A stretch of 64,000 bases of DNA from an uncultured Clostridia bacterium (GTDB lineage: Bacteria > Bacillota > Clostridia > TANB77 > CAG-508). Below the pieces are notes generated by a model. The model did no database searches and was not told where the DNA came from. It was given only the letters and a program-made list of their open reading frames with translations. Position 1 is the stretch's first letter; each line of letters begins with the position of its first letter. The stretch is taken from assembly GCA_944386195.1 (NCBI GenBank), contig CALXAD010000003.1:2653-66652 (forward strand). Reading direction: 5' to 3'. Made by a program: the position numbers and the translations under genes. Positions 31,014-40,894 of the stretch are shown one piece after another.

Positions 31014-31538
31014 ATGAGAAAAGTGGACATTTCAAAAGTGAAAATTCAAACAATGCCGCTAGAAAAGCTAAAACCAGCAGACTACAACCCAAGAAAAAAT
31101 TTAACAAAAGAAGATAAAGAATACCAAAAACTAGAACAAAGCCTTAATTCATTTGGTAATGTGCAACCTGTTGTATATAACGAAAGGACTGGTAATGTTG
31201 TTTCTGGCCACCAAAAATTAAATATACTACATGAAAAAGGTTTTAAAGAAACAGATTGTGTAATTGTGAACTTAAATAATGAAGAAGAAAAAGCATTAAA
31301 TATAGCATTAAATAGAATAACAGGAAAATGGGATTATTCAAAATTAGAAAGTGTACTTAATGAACTTGCAGAAAATGAATACGACTTAAGCAAAACAGGA
31401 TTAGATGAAGAAGAAATAGAAGATCTAATCAATGAACTTGATGTTAGTGATGAGGATTTTATACAAGGTACAGAAATAGTAAAAGAAAAACCATCAAAAG
31501 AAATAATTTGCCCTAATTGCGGATTCAAAATCGAATGA
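31014..31538 (+). CDS. ParB-like nuclease domain protein
   Basis: MPLEKLKPADYNPRK...VVYNERTGNVVSGHQKLNIL matches the ParB N-terminal domain. Confidence 0.7.
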   Translation: MRKVDISKVKIQTMPLEKLKPADYNPRKNLTKEDKEYQKLEQSLNSFGNVQPVVYNERTGNVVSGHQKLNILHEKGFKETDCVIVNLNNEEEKALNIALNRITGKWDYSKLESVLNELAENEYDLSKTGLDEEEIEDLINELDVSDEDFIQGTEIVKEKPSKEIICPNCGFKIE

Positions 31539-32290
31539 GGATATTTTTAGCAGGAATTAATAGTGGCATGAATAAGCAAATAAGGCAAGAAATTTATAAA
31601 AAATATAAAGCTAAATATGCATTAGAAACTTTTTTTAATGGCGAAAATAAATGTAAAAAAGCACTTGACTTTGTAGGAAATGAGAATTTTCTATTAGACT
31701 CAGGTGCTTTTTCATATATGAATGGAGCAAAAATCACACTTGAAGAAATGCAAAAGTATGTAAATAGATATATAGAATTTATTAATAAATATGATATTAA
31801 ATATTTCTTTGAAATAGATGTAGATAATATTTTTGGATTAAAGCAAGTGGAAAAATGGAGAAAACAAATAGAAAAAGAAACAAATAAAAAATGTATTCCT
31901 GTATGGCATAAAGGTAGAGGTGTGCAATATTGGAAAGATATGTGTGAAAAATATGATTATGTAGCAATAGGAGGATTAGTCTTTCATGTTAAAAAACAGG
32001 AATATGAATTGATAAGAAAATTAGTTAATTATGCATATAAGAAAGGTGTAAAAGTTCATGGATTAGGTTTTACAAAAACGGCTGATTTACATAGATATAA
32101 ATTTTATAGTGTAGATAGTGCGAGTTGGATTAGGGCAGCCGCATTAGGACAACAAAAATATACTTTTGTTCATGACCACATGATTTGTAGGCGAATATCC
32201 TCCAAAGGTAAAAAAACAAATATAGCACTCTTATCAGCAAATAATTATATAGAGTGGTGTAAATATCAACGATATATGGAGGAAAGATAA
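31535..32290 (+). CDS. DpdA-like queuine-tRNA-ribosyltransferase-fold protein (candidate 7-deazaguanine DNA transglycosylase)
   Basis: tgt-family motifs LLDSGAFSY (DSGGFQ-like), VAIGGLV, YSVDSASWIRAAALG (DCV.PTR.AR.G-like); ATGA overlap with the upstream gene. Confidence 0.55.
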   Translation: MRIFLAGINSGMNKQIRQEIYKKYKAKYALETFFNGENKCKKALDFVGNENFLLDSGAFSYMNGAKITLEEMQKYVNRYIEFINKYDIKYFFEIDVDNIFGLKQVEKWRKQIEKETNKKCIPVWHKGRGVQYWKDMCEKYDYVAIGGLVFHVKKQEYELIRKLVNYAYKKGVKVHGLGFTKTADLHRYKFYSVDSASWIRAAALGQQKYTFVHDHMICRRISSKGKKTNIALLSANNYIEWCKYQRYMEER

Positions 32291-32904
32291 TGAAGAAATT
32301 AGAAATAGAAAATTATTTATTTGGTATCTATTGTGCTGGAATTATAATACAAAATATTCTTGCAACAAAGAATATAGATATTTTAATGTTTACAGTAACA
32401 ACGGGGATTTTGGTATCTCCGTTAGTTTTTATTATACAAGATGTTCAAACAGAGATTTTTGGCTATAAAAAAGCAAAAAAGATGATTATTTTAGGTTATG
32501 CAATGAACTTTATAGCTATAATTTTATATATGCTAAGTATATGTATTCCAAGTTCAGAAACATATACTAACCAAACAGCATTTGCAACAATATTAGGGAC
32601 AACTCCAAGAATAGCAATAGCAAGTTTTATTGCTTATATAACAGGGTCCTTAATGAATTCTAAAATTATGGAAGGCTTGAAGAAAAAATATAATAACAAT
32701 TTATTTTTTAGGGCAATTTCTTCAACGATAGTAGGACAGTTTATAGATAATATGCTTTTTTCTGTTATTGCTTTTATTGGAATATTACCAATGCAAACAA
32801 TAATTTCAATGATAGTAGGTGGAACAATTTTTGAAATAATTTATGAAATAATATTTTACCCTATTACCAAAGCTTTAATAAAAAAGATAAAAGCAAACAG
32901 ATAA
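32290..32904 (+). CDS. YhhQ/VUT-family queuosine-precursor (preQ0/preQ1) transporter
   Basis: About 6 TM segments; 204 aa; YhhQ-like ending IFEIIYEIIFYPITK. Confidence 0.6.
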   Translation: MKKLEIENYLFGIYCAGIIIQNILATKNIDILMFTVTTGILVSPLVFIIQDVQTEIFGYKKAKKMIILGYAMNFIAIILYMLSICIPSSETYTNQTAFATILGTTPRIAIASFIAYITGSLMNSKIMEGLKKKYNNNLFFRAISSTIVGQFIDNMLFSVIAFIGILPMQTIISMIVGGTIFEIIYEIIFYPITKALIKKIKANR

Positions 32905-32946
32905 TAGATATTATAAATTATAAAAAAGGTAGGTGGGTGAGATGCT

Positions 32947-33687
32947 GTGAATCAAAAGAAAATAGAAGAAATAAAAGAAGACTATATGCTAGGATTAACA
33001 TATAAAGAAATAGAACAAAAACATAGCATTAAGCCTAATCAATTAAAGTGGTTAATTCAAAAGCATAAATGGAAAAGAAAAAGCAATAGAAAACAAGCAC
33101 AAAAAGGAAATCAAAATGCAAAAGGAAATAAAGGTGGAACAGGAGCAAAAACAGGAAATAAAAATGCTCTTACTACCGGAGAATATGAAACAATACTCTA
33201 TGATGTTTTATCAGAAGAAGAACAATCACTTTATAAAAAATTAGAAATTCAAGACAAGAAAAATGTATTACAGGAAGAATTTAAAATATTAACAATAAGA
33301 GAACTGAGAATACTAAAAAGAATTAAAGAACTTAAAGATAAAAACAAAGACATGAATATTGAGAAAATTATACAAAGAAAATATAGTTCTACAATAGAAA
33401 AAGAAACAGAAACAACAACTGAAGCAGTTAATGTAATTACACCATTACAAAAATTAGAGGATGCTCTTACGAGAATACAGGATCAAAAAAGAAAATGTGT
33501 TGATAGTTTACACAAGATTGAAAATGATGATAGAAGAATGGAATTAGAAATTATAAGATTAGAAATGGAAGCATCAAAAGAAGATTTAAGCAATAATGAC
33601 AATGTCAAAGATGATAGCTTTATAAAAGCATTACAAGATAGCGCAGAAAGTGCATGGGATGACTATGAAGAAGAAACAACAGAGTAA
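32947..33687 (+). CDS. Terminase small subunit (GTG start)
   Basis: N-terminal HTH; basic Gly/Asn-rich region GNQNAKGNKGGTGAKTGNKNA typical of TerS. Confidence 0.7.
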   Translation: MNQKKIEEIKEDYMLGLTYKEIEQKHSIKPNQLKWLIQKHKWKRKSNRKQAQKGNQNAKGNKGGTGAKTGNKNALTTGEYETILYDVLSEEEQSLYKKLEIQDKKNVLQEEFKILTIRELRILKRIKELKDKNKDMNIEKIIQRKYSSTIEKETETTTEAVNVITPLQKLEDALTRIQDQKRKCVDSLHKIENDDRRMELEIIRLEMEASKEDLSNNDNVKDDSFIKALQDSAESAWDDYEEETTE

Positions 33688-35065
33688 AAGTTTAGATGAA
33701 AGAATTTCTAATCTAAAAAAGCAAATAATGAAAAATGCTATCACATTGAGAAAGAAAATAAAAAATGGTACTGTATTCAAATTTAAAAAATTTAGTAAAA
33801 AACAAAGAAAAATTTTGACTTGGTGGTGTGATAATAGTCCTGTAAAAGATAAAAATGGAATCATTGCAGATGGAGCAATAAGGTCTGGAAAAACTGTAAG
33901 TATGTCTTTATCTTTTGTATTATGGGCTATGACAAGATTTAATGGTCAAAATTTTATAATGGCTGGTAAAACTATTAGTGCATTTAGAAGAAATGTACTT
34001 TTTTGGTTAAAGCTAATGCTACGAGTACAAGGTTATTCAATAAAAGATAAAAGGTCAGATAACTTAATAGAAATATCAAAAGGCGAAGTAATTAATTACT
34101 TTTATGTGTTTGGTGGAAAAGACGAAAGAAGTCAAGACCTAGTTCAAGGTATTACAGCAGCAGGGGTATTTTTAGATGAAGTTGCATTGATGCCAGAAAG
34201 TTTTGTTAATCAAGCTACTGCTCGTTGTAGTGTTGAAGGCTCAAAGTATTGGTTTAACTGTAATCCAGAAGGACCAAATCATTGGTTTAAAGTTAACTGG
34301 ATTGATAAAGCAAAAGAAAAAGGATTAATTTATCTACATTTTACAATGGATGATAATTTAAGTTTATCAGAAGAAGTAAAAGCTAGATATAGAAGTATGT
34401 ATGTAGGTGTCTTTTTCCAAAGATTTATTTTAGGATTATGGGTACTTGCGGAAGGAATTATATATCATAATTTCAATAAAGATAAACACACAATAAAAGA
34501 AAATGAAATTCCAGATAAATTTGATTTTTATTATGTAACATCTGATTATGGAATAACTAATCCACAGGTGTTTTTATTATGTGGAATTAAATATATAAAA
34601 ACTAAACCTCATTTGTATATTTTAGATGAGTATTACAATACAGGAACTAAAAAAAATAAATATGGTCAAGAAGAAAAAATTGTAAAAACTGATGCATTAT
34701 TTTTAGAAGATTATAAGAAATTTATTAGAGATTTACCAATAAGAAAAACAATTATAGATCCAAGCGCAACATCTCTTATAAATTTATTTAAAGAAAACAA
34801 TATTAAAGTTAAAGAAGCAGATAATGCCGTAGTTGATGGAATAAATTTAGTTTTAAATTGGCTTGAAGAAGGAAGGATACATATTATAGCAAAAAGATGT
34901 CCTAATTTGATAAAAGAATTTTTTAGCTATATATGGGATGCAAAAGCACAAGAAAGAGGAGAAGATAAACCTGTTAAAACTAATGACCATGCTCTTGATG
35001 CTTTAAGATACTTATTAATGACAATATTCCCAGTTAAGAAAAAAGGTGCATTTTTTGCTAGATAG
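33650..35065 (+). CDS. Terminase large subunit (PBSX-type)
   Basis: Walker A GAIRSGKT; Walker B VFLDE; nuclease motif DHALDALRY. Confidence 0.85.
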   Translation: MHGMTMKKKQQSKSLDERISNLKKQIMKNAITLRKKIKNGTVFKFKKFSKKQRKILTWWCDNSPVKDKNGIIADGAIRSGKTVSMSLSFVLWAMTRFNGQNFIMAGKTISAFRRNVLFWLKLMLRVQGYSIKDKRSDNLIEISKGEVINYFYVFGGKDERSQDLVQGITAAGVFLDEVALMPESFVNQATARCSVEGSKYWFNCNPEGPNHWFKVNWIDKAKEKGLIYLHFTMDDNLSLSEEVKARYRSMYVGVFFQRFILGLWVLAEGIIYHNFNKDKHTIKENEIPDKFDFYYVTSDYGITNPQVFLLCGIKYIKTKPHLYILDEYYNTGTKKNKYGQEEKIVKTDALFLEDYKKFIRDLPIRKTIIDPSATSLINLFKENNIKVKEADNAVVDGINLVLNWLEEGRIHIIAKRCPNLIKEFFSYIWDAKAQERGEDKPVKTNDHALDALRYLLMTIFPVKKKGAFFAR

Positions 35066-35076
35066 GAGTTGAGATA

Positions 35077-36666
35077 ATGGAAATAACAGAAATGGAAAAA
35101 ATAGATTATATCTTGCGAGAAGGAGCAAAAAACACAATAGGATTTTTAAATTTTATAAAAGAAGAAATTAATGAATTTGAACAATCTCCAAAAAGAAAAG
35201 ATATGCTAATAGGACAAAGATATTATGAAAATGAAGGAGATATAAAAGACAAAAAAAGATATTATATTGCTGATGGTGGAGCAGTAAGAATAATAGAAAA
35301 TAAATTTTTTTCTAATTATAAATTAGCACATTCAATACCAAGAAAATTAGTAAATCAAAAGGCAGGATTCTTATTAAAAAAGAAGATGAATGTAAAAGAA
35401 ATATTAAAAAAAGATGAAAAAGAAGATGAAGATTTTAAAAAGGTATTGAAAACAATATTTAATGATAGAACTCATAAACTATTAAAATATACACTAATAG
35501 AAGCGGTCAATAAAGGAATTAGTTGGTGGCAAGTATATATTGATGAAGAAGGAAAACTAAAATTAAGAAGAATCAAAGCAGAAAAAATCGTTGCTCTATG
35601 GAAAGATGATGAGCATGAGAAATTAGATGCTATAATAATAGTTTATAAAGTAATTGCTTATGTAGGCAAAGAAAAGAAAATTATAAAGAAAGCAGAATAT
35701 TGGGATTTAGAAGGCGTAAGATATTTAGTATATGAAGATGGCAAGCTAATAAATGATGTTGAAAGAATTGAAGAAGTAAAAGATACTATTATAAACGAAA
35801 ATGCAAAAGATGAAGATGAAATAATCTTATGTAGTCATTTTATAAAAAATGGAAAGCCAACTAATTGGACTAGAATACCATTCATATATTGGAAGTACAA
35901 TGGTGATGAAAAGCCATTGATTTTTTATTTAAAATCATTAGTAGATTGCTATGATGAGTTAACATCAATTTATGCAGATACAATAAAAGATACCCCAAAC
36001 GGTGTCAATGTTGTAAAAAATTATGGCGAAGATATAAAAGAATTCAATAAGAATTTACAAGAATTAAATACAATATTCCTAGATGAAGATGGAGATTATA
36101 AAAGAGAAAATGTTTCAATAGATATAAAGGCTTTTAAAGAATTTATCGAACTTTTAAGAAGAGATATATACGAAACTGGTGCAGGGGTAGATACACAATC
36201 AGAAAAATTTCAAACAGCACAAAGCGGTGTTGCTTTACAAGAGTTATTCAATGATTTAGATTTAGATTGTTCTAATATTGAAACAGAATTTCAAAGTAGT
36301 TTAGAATATTTAATGTTTTTCGTATATGAATATATGAAAATAATAGAAAGTAAAGATTATACTAACAAAGAGGTAGAATTTATCTTTAATAAATCAATGA
36401 TTACAAATGAAACAGAGAAAATATCTAACTGTAATGTTAGCACAGGAACAATAAGTAAGAAAACAGTATTAGCAAATCATCCATGGGTTAGAGATGTTGA
36501 TGAAGAACTTGAACAAATTGAAAACGAAGAAAAAGAAAATCAGCAAGAATATGACAAAATATTAAAACAAATGCAAAATAATAAAACAGTAAATAATGGA
36601 GAAAAAAAGACAAATAATAATGATGGCCAAGAAGATGATAAAACAGCAAAAGTTGGTGATGCTTGA
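35077..36666 (+). CDS. Portal protein (SPP1 gp6-like)
   Basis: 529 aa, located immediately after TerL, acidic C-terminus. Confidence 0.7.
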   Translation: MEITEMEKIDYILREGAKNTIGFLNFIKEEINEFEQSPKRKDMLIGQRYYENEGDIKDKKRYYIADGGAVRIIENKFFSNYKLAHSIPRKLVNQKAGFLLKKKMNVKEILKKDEKEDEDFKKVLKTIFNDRTHKLLKYTLIEAVNKGISWWQVYIDEEGKLKLRRIKAEKIVALWKDDEHEKLDAIIIVYKVIAYVGKEKKIIKKAEYWDLEGVRYLVYEDGKLINDVERIEEVKDTIINENAKDEDEIILCSHFIKNGKPTNWTRIPFIYWKYNGDEKPLIFYLKSLVDCYDELTSIYADTIKDTPNGVNVVKNYGEDIKEFNKNLQELNTIFLDEDGDYKRENVSIDIKAFKEFIELLRRDIYETGAGVDTQSEKFQTAQSGVALQELFNDLDLDCSNIETEFQSSLEYLMFFVYEYMKIIESKDYTNKEVEFIFNKSMITNETEKISNCNVSTGTISKKTVLANHPWVRDVDEELEQIENEEKENQQEYDKILKQMQNNKTVNNGEKKTNNNDGQEDDKTAKVGDA

Positions 36667-38243
36667 TGAATAGGGATAAGGAATATTGGATAAAAAGATT
36701 TGAATATTTAGAAAAAGCACAAATAGAAAATGAAGATAAATATGTTTCTACATTACTAGAAGAATATGATAAAGCAAAAACAAATATAGAAAAAGAAATA
36801 AATAGTTGGCTAACAAGGTTTGTAATAAATAATCAAATATCATTAAAAGATGCTAATAAATGGTTAAATTCTGATGAATTAAAAGAATTGAAGTGGGATA
36901 TAGAAGAATATATAAAACATGGGCAAGAAAATGGAATTGATTTAATATGGAAAAAAGAATTAGAAAATGCAAGCGCAAAAGTTCATATTTCAAGGTTAGA
37001 TGCATTGAAATTACAGATACAACAACAAATAGAAGCATTATCATATAAAGAAGCAAATGATACACAAGATTTTATTTTAAATACATACGAAAATACATAT
37101 TATACAAGTGCTTATGAATTACAAAAAGGTCATAATGTAGCTTTTGATATTCCAAAACTAGATGTAAATACTATAAATAAAATCATTTCAAAACCATGGG
37201 CTCCAGATGAGCAAATTTTTTCTGATAGAATATGGAAAAATAAAGTATCATTAATCAATACTTTACATACAGATTTGACACAAGCAATTATAAGAGGAGA
37301 TTCACAAGATAAACTAATAGAAAAAATTTCAAAAGATTTTAATTCATCAAAAAATAAAGCTGCTAGATTGGTAATGACAGAATCAGCATTTTTTTCAAGT
37401 GCTTCAAGAAAAGATTGCTTTAATGAGTTAGGTGTAGAAAAATATGAAATAGTAGCAACACTAGATTCTCATACTTCTGACATTTGTAGAGGATTAGATG
37501 GAAAAGTTTATGAAATGAAAGATTATGAACCGGGGGTAACGGCTCCACCTTTTCATGTATGGTGTAGATCTACAACAGCCCCATGGTTTGAAGATGAATT
37601 TGAATTTAGTGAGCGAGCAGCAAGAAATACAAACGGAAAAACATATTATGTACCAGATAACATTACATATAATGATTGGAAAAAAAGGTTTGTTAGTGGA
37701 CAAGAAAGAATAGAAAAGAATTCAAAAAATAAAGTAGATAATATAATAACCACTATGCCAAATAAAGTAAAAAATGCTATTCAAGATACAAAATTTGTGG
37801 AAAAAGCTAATACAAGTGATTATGATAGAAAAAATAATATAATACATCTAATGAAGAATCCAAGTAAATATGAAATATTACATGAAATAGGTCATGCGGT
37901 AGAAACAAAATATGATATTTTTAATGATAACAAATTTATTGATGTATTGAAAGATAATATTTCTGATATAGATATATTAATGGCTAAAACGGATGATACT
38001 ACATTTGAACAGGCAATAGATTTAATAGAAAATGATAAGTTTATAAGTAAATATCAAGGTAGAATATATAATTTTGACATGTATGGAAAAGAAAGATATA
38101 ATAGTAATAATAAAGAATTTAATTATAAAGTATTAGGAGAATATTTTAGTGAAGGTTTTGCTACATATTTTACTAATGATAAATTACTATTAAAGAAAGA
38201 TAAAAAATTATATGACTATATAAAGGAGCTATTAAATGAATAA
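36663..38243 (+). CDS. MuF / SPP1 gp7-family minor head protein with C-terminal HExxH zincin-like extension
   Basis: MuF motif VATLDSHTSDICRGLDGKVYEM; C-terminal LHEIGHAVE (HExxH). Confidence 0.75.
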   Translation: MMNRDKEYWIKRFEYLEKAQIENEDKYVSTLLEEYDKAKTNIEKEINSWLTRFVINNQISLKDANKWLNSDELKELKWDIEEYIKHGQENGIDLIWKKELENASAKVHISRLDALKLQIQQQIEALSYKEANDTQDFILNTYENTYYTSAYELQKGHNVAFDIPKLDVNTINKIISKPWAPDEQIFSDRIWKNKVSLINTLHTDLTQAIIRGDSQDKLIEKISKDFNSSKNKAARLVMTESAFFSSASRKDCFNELGVEKYEIVATLDSHTSDICRGLDGKVYEMKDYEPGVTAPPFHVWCRSTTAPWFEDEFEFSERAARNTNGKTYYVPDNITYNDWKKRFVSGQERIEKNSKNKVDNIITTMPNKVKNAIQDTKFVEKANTSDYDRKNNIIHLMKNPSKYEILHEIGHAVETKYDIFNDNKFIDVLKDNISDIDILMAKTDDTTFEQAIDLIENDKFISKYQGRIYNFDMYGKERYNSNNKEFNYKVLGEYFSEGFATYFTNDKLLLKKDKKLYDYIKELLNE

Positions 38244-38630
38244 AGAAATAGAAAATAAATTATTAGAAACTAATTCATTAAATGAATTTAGAGAGATAAT
38301 ATCTAAAAATGAAATAACTACAACAAAAGAACTGTCAGAAACAGTGTTAGAACACTATAATAAATTAGGAAGTATGCAAACAGCAGAAAAGCATACTGAT
38401 CCAAGAATGAAATAATAAAATGTAGTGGCGGAATAGACAAATATAGTTTGATATTATATTTGGTAAAACTAAACGGCTTTATCTTAAACATAATTAGATT
38501 TTGCTGAATGGTAATAGTAGACGCTTATGTGATTTAAAAGATATGTGATAGGCTGGTCACAGAGTTCCTACATATTATGTTAGGTGCAAATCCTAACCTA
38601 CATTTATTAAATTAAATAGTTTTTAAATTT

Positions 38631-38656
38631 AGACACTTTAAAAGGTGTCTTTTTTT
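38631..38656 (+). terminator. Rho-independent terminator agacactttaaaaggtgtcttttttttg
   Basis: Perfect 9-bp stem followed by T8. Confidence 0.6.
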
Positions 38657-38777
38657 TGTATAAAAATTGGTCAAGTGGTAGACCTGAATAATTGCCACTA
38701 TAACAAAATAGTACGGAAGATGGAAAACTGCCTTAAAAAGCCTAGTATTATGGAGTTATAAAGAAAGGAGCAAGTAT

Positions 38778-39398
38778 ATGAAAACAGAAGACTTAAAAGC
38801 AAAAGGTTTAAGTGATGAGCAAATAAATTTTGTAATGGAGGAAAATGGAAAAGACATAAAAACATTACAAGATGAAAATGCTACATTGAAATCAGAAAAA
38901 TCACAACTAGAAAATGACAAAAAGGTATTAGAAAAAGAAAAGGGAGATAAAGAAAAAGCCCTTGCGGACCTTCAAAAAAGCACAATAACAAAAGAAGAAT
39001 ATGATAACAAAATAAAAGAAATTGAAGGTAATGCAAAAAAAGAACATGAAGAATATGTACTTAACCAATTATTAGACCAAGCTATGGAAGATGCAAAAGT
39101 ATTAAAGAATGAAAATGCTAGAGCATCTATAAAAGGTTTATTAGATATGGAAAAAGTAACTATTTCAAAAGACCAAAAATCATTAATAGGTGTTAAAGAG
39201 CAACTAGAAGCAATGAAAAAAACGGATAGCTATTTCTTTGAATCAACAGTAAAAGGTCATTCGCCAGCAGGAGGAAAAGATGATAAAGATGGAGAAGGAG
39301 AAGGCGAAGATAACTTTGATAATAGCAATCCAGTTAATGTTGCAAAAGAACTAAATTCAAGAAATGAACAACAAAAAGAAAGTTCATTTTTTAATTAA
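38778..39398 (+). CDS. Phage scaffolding protein (GP20-like)
   Basis: Coiled-coil protein; N-terminus MKTEDLKAKGLSDEQINFVMEENGKDIKTLQDENATLK; located upstream of the capsid gene. Confidence 0.6.
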   Translation: MKTEDLKAKGLSDEQINFVMEENGKDIKTLQDENATLKSEKSQLENDKKVLEKEKGDKEKALADLQKSTITKEEYDNKIKEIEGNAKKEHEEYVLNQLLDQAMEDAKVLKNENARASIKGLLDMEKVTISKDQKSLIGVKEQLEAMKKTDSYFFESTVKGHSPAGGKDDKDGEGEGEDNFDNSNPVNVAKELNSRNEQQKESSFFN

Positions 39399-39418
39399 AA
39401 AATAAGGAGGAAAGAATT

Positions 39419-39778
39419 ATGTATGTTAAAAGTAGAAATATTGAAGAAATCAATTTTTTAGCATCTGCTAAATATTTATGTTTTACAAGAGAAATAAGTG
39501 ATACAGGGGTTACAGCAAATAGTGAAGGAAGAAAAATTGTACAAGGAGGAACTGTTTATAAAAATTCAAACGGTGTTGCAATTGGATTATTATTAACAGA
39601 TATAGATGTAACAGAAGGACCTCAACCAGGGGCTGTTATATACGAAGGTTGGGTATTAGAATCAAGATTACCAAAAGCAATTACAGCTGAAGAAAAAGCA
39701 ACAATGACAGGAATTAAATTTAAAGATAGTTATGAAGATCAAGAAGCAGCTGAAGATGATAATGAAGAACAAACATAA
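39419..39778 (+). CDS. Hypothetical head-associated protein
   Basis: 119-aa ORF between scaffold and capsid; RBS AAGGAGG. Confidence 0.35.
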   Translation: MYVKSRNIEEINFLASAKYLCFTREISDTGVTANSEGRKIVQGGTVYKNSNGVAIGLLLTDIDVTEGPQPGAVIYEGWVLESRLPKAITAEEKATMTGIKFKDSYEDQEAAEDDNEEQT

Positions 39779-39825
39779 TGGAAGATTAAGAAATTAGAAA
39801 TAAAATAGAAAAGGAGAGATTATAT

Positions 39826-40845
39826 ATGTCAAGAATATTAGAGTTATTTAATACTAAAAAAATTGTTAATTATTTAAGAGATAGAGAATATCCTAAAATG
39901 CTAGGAGAAGAACTTTTCCCAGAAAGAAAAGAAGATGATTTAGATTTTGAAATATTAAAAGAAGGTAGCAAGTTACCTGTTGTTGCTAGTGTTCATGCTT
40001 TTGATACTGAATCAGAAATTGGAAGTAGAGAAGCAGAGGAAATGGCAATTGAAGCTTGCTTAATTAAGAGAAAATTACCATTAAGAGAAAAAGAAATTAT
40101 AAAATTAGAGCATCCTAGAACAGATAAAGAGGAAAAATATCTAATTCAAAAAATCTATTCAAGAGATATAGATAATTTAGTATTAGGTGTAAAAGCAAGA
40201 GTAGAAGTTATGAGAATGGAAGTATTATCAAAAGGTACTGTAACATTAGATGAAAATGGATTAAAAGCAGTTATTAATTATGGGGTACCAGAAGAACATC
40301 AAGCAACACAAGTTGATTGGACAACTTCAACAGAAAATCCAATTCAAGATATTATTGATTGGGTTAATGTTATGGATGAAAAACCAGCTAGAGCATTAAC
40401 TTCTACAACAGTTTTAGGAAAATTATTAAGACATCCATCAACTATTAGTGCTTTATATGGAAAGGATACAACTAGAATCCCAACAGTAGCAGAATTGAAT
40501 ACATATTTAGAAGCATTAGGATTACCTAAAATATATACTTATGACAAAAAATACAGAAAACAAGGTGCAAATGGAAAATATACAGTTCATAGATATTTAC
40601 CAGAGGATGCTTTTGTAATGTTCCCAGATTATCCATTGGGAGAAACATTATATGGACCAACAGCGGAAGAAATAAGACTTATAAATGACCCAACAACAAA
40701 GATAGAAGAAGTTGGAAATATTTTAGCAATGGTTTATGAAGAAGGAAAAGATCCAGTTGCAACATGGGAAAAAGCGGTTGCCACAGCAGTACCAACATTC
40801 CCTTATGCTGACGAAGTTTTCCAAGCAGAAATAAAATTAACATAG
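39826..40845 (+). CDS. Major capsid protein
   Basis: 339 aa; position after the scaffold gene; strong RBS. Confidence 0.65.
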   Translation: MSRILELFNTKKIVNYLRDREYPKMLGEELFPERKEDDLDFEILKEGSKLPVVASVHAFDTESEIGSREAEEMAIEACLIKRKLPLREKEIIKLEHPRTDKEEKYLIQKIYSRDIDNLVLGVKARVEVMRMEVLSKGTVTLDENGLKAVINYGVPEEHQATQVDWTTSTENPIQDIIDWVNVMDEKPARALTSTTVLGKLLRHPSTISALYGKDTTRIPTVAELNTYLEALGLPKIYTYDKKYRKQGANGKYTVHRYLPEDAFVMFPDYPLGETLYGPTAEEIRLINDPTTKIEEVGNILAMVYEEGKDPVATWEKAVATAVPTFPYADEVFQAEIKLT

Positions 40846-40894
40846 AGGGTATTGAGAGAATGCCCTCTAAAATTATATAAAGGAGGAATAAAAA

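Noticed and set aside
30917-31117. 66-aa highly basic ORF overlapping the ParB-like gene start
   Set aside because: No RBS. It overlaps in another frame the well-supported ParB-like ORF, whose N-terminal motif LKPADYNPRK is conserved. Likely spurious.
31517-31534. TTG start at 31517 for the DpdA-like ORF
   Set aside because: The ATG at 31535 overlaps the upstream stop (ATGA) in the classic translational-coupling arrangement. The longer TTG start is unnecessary.
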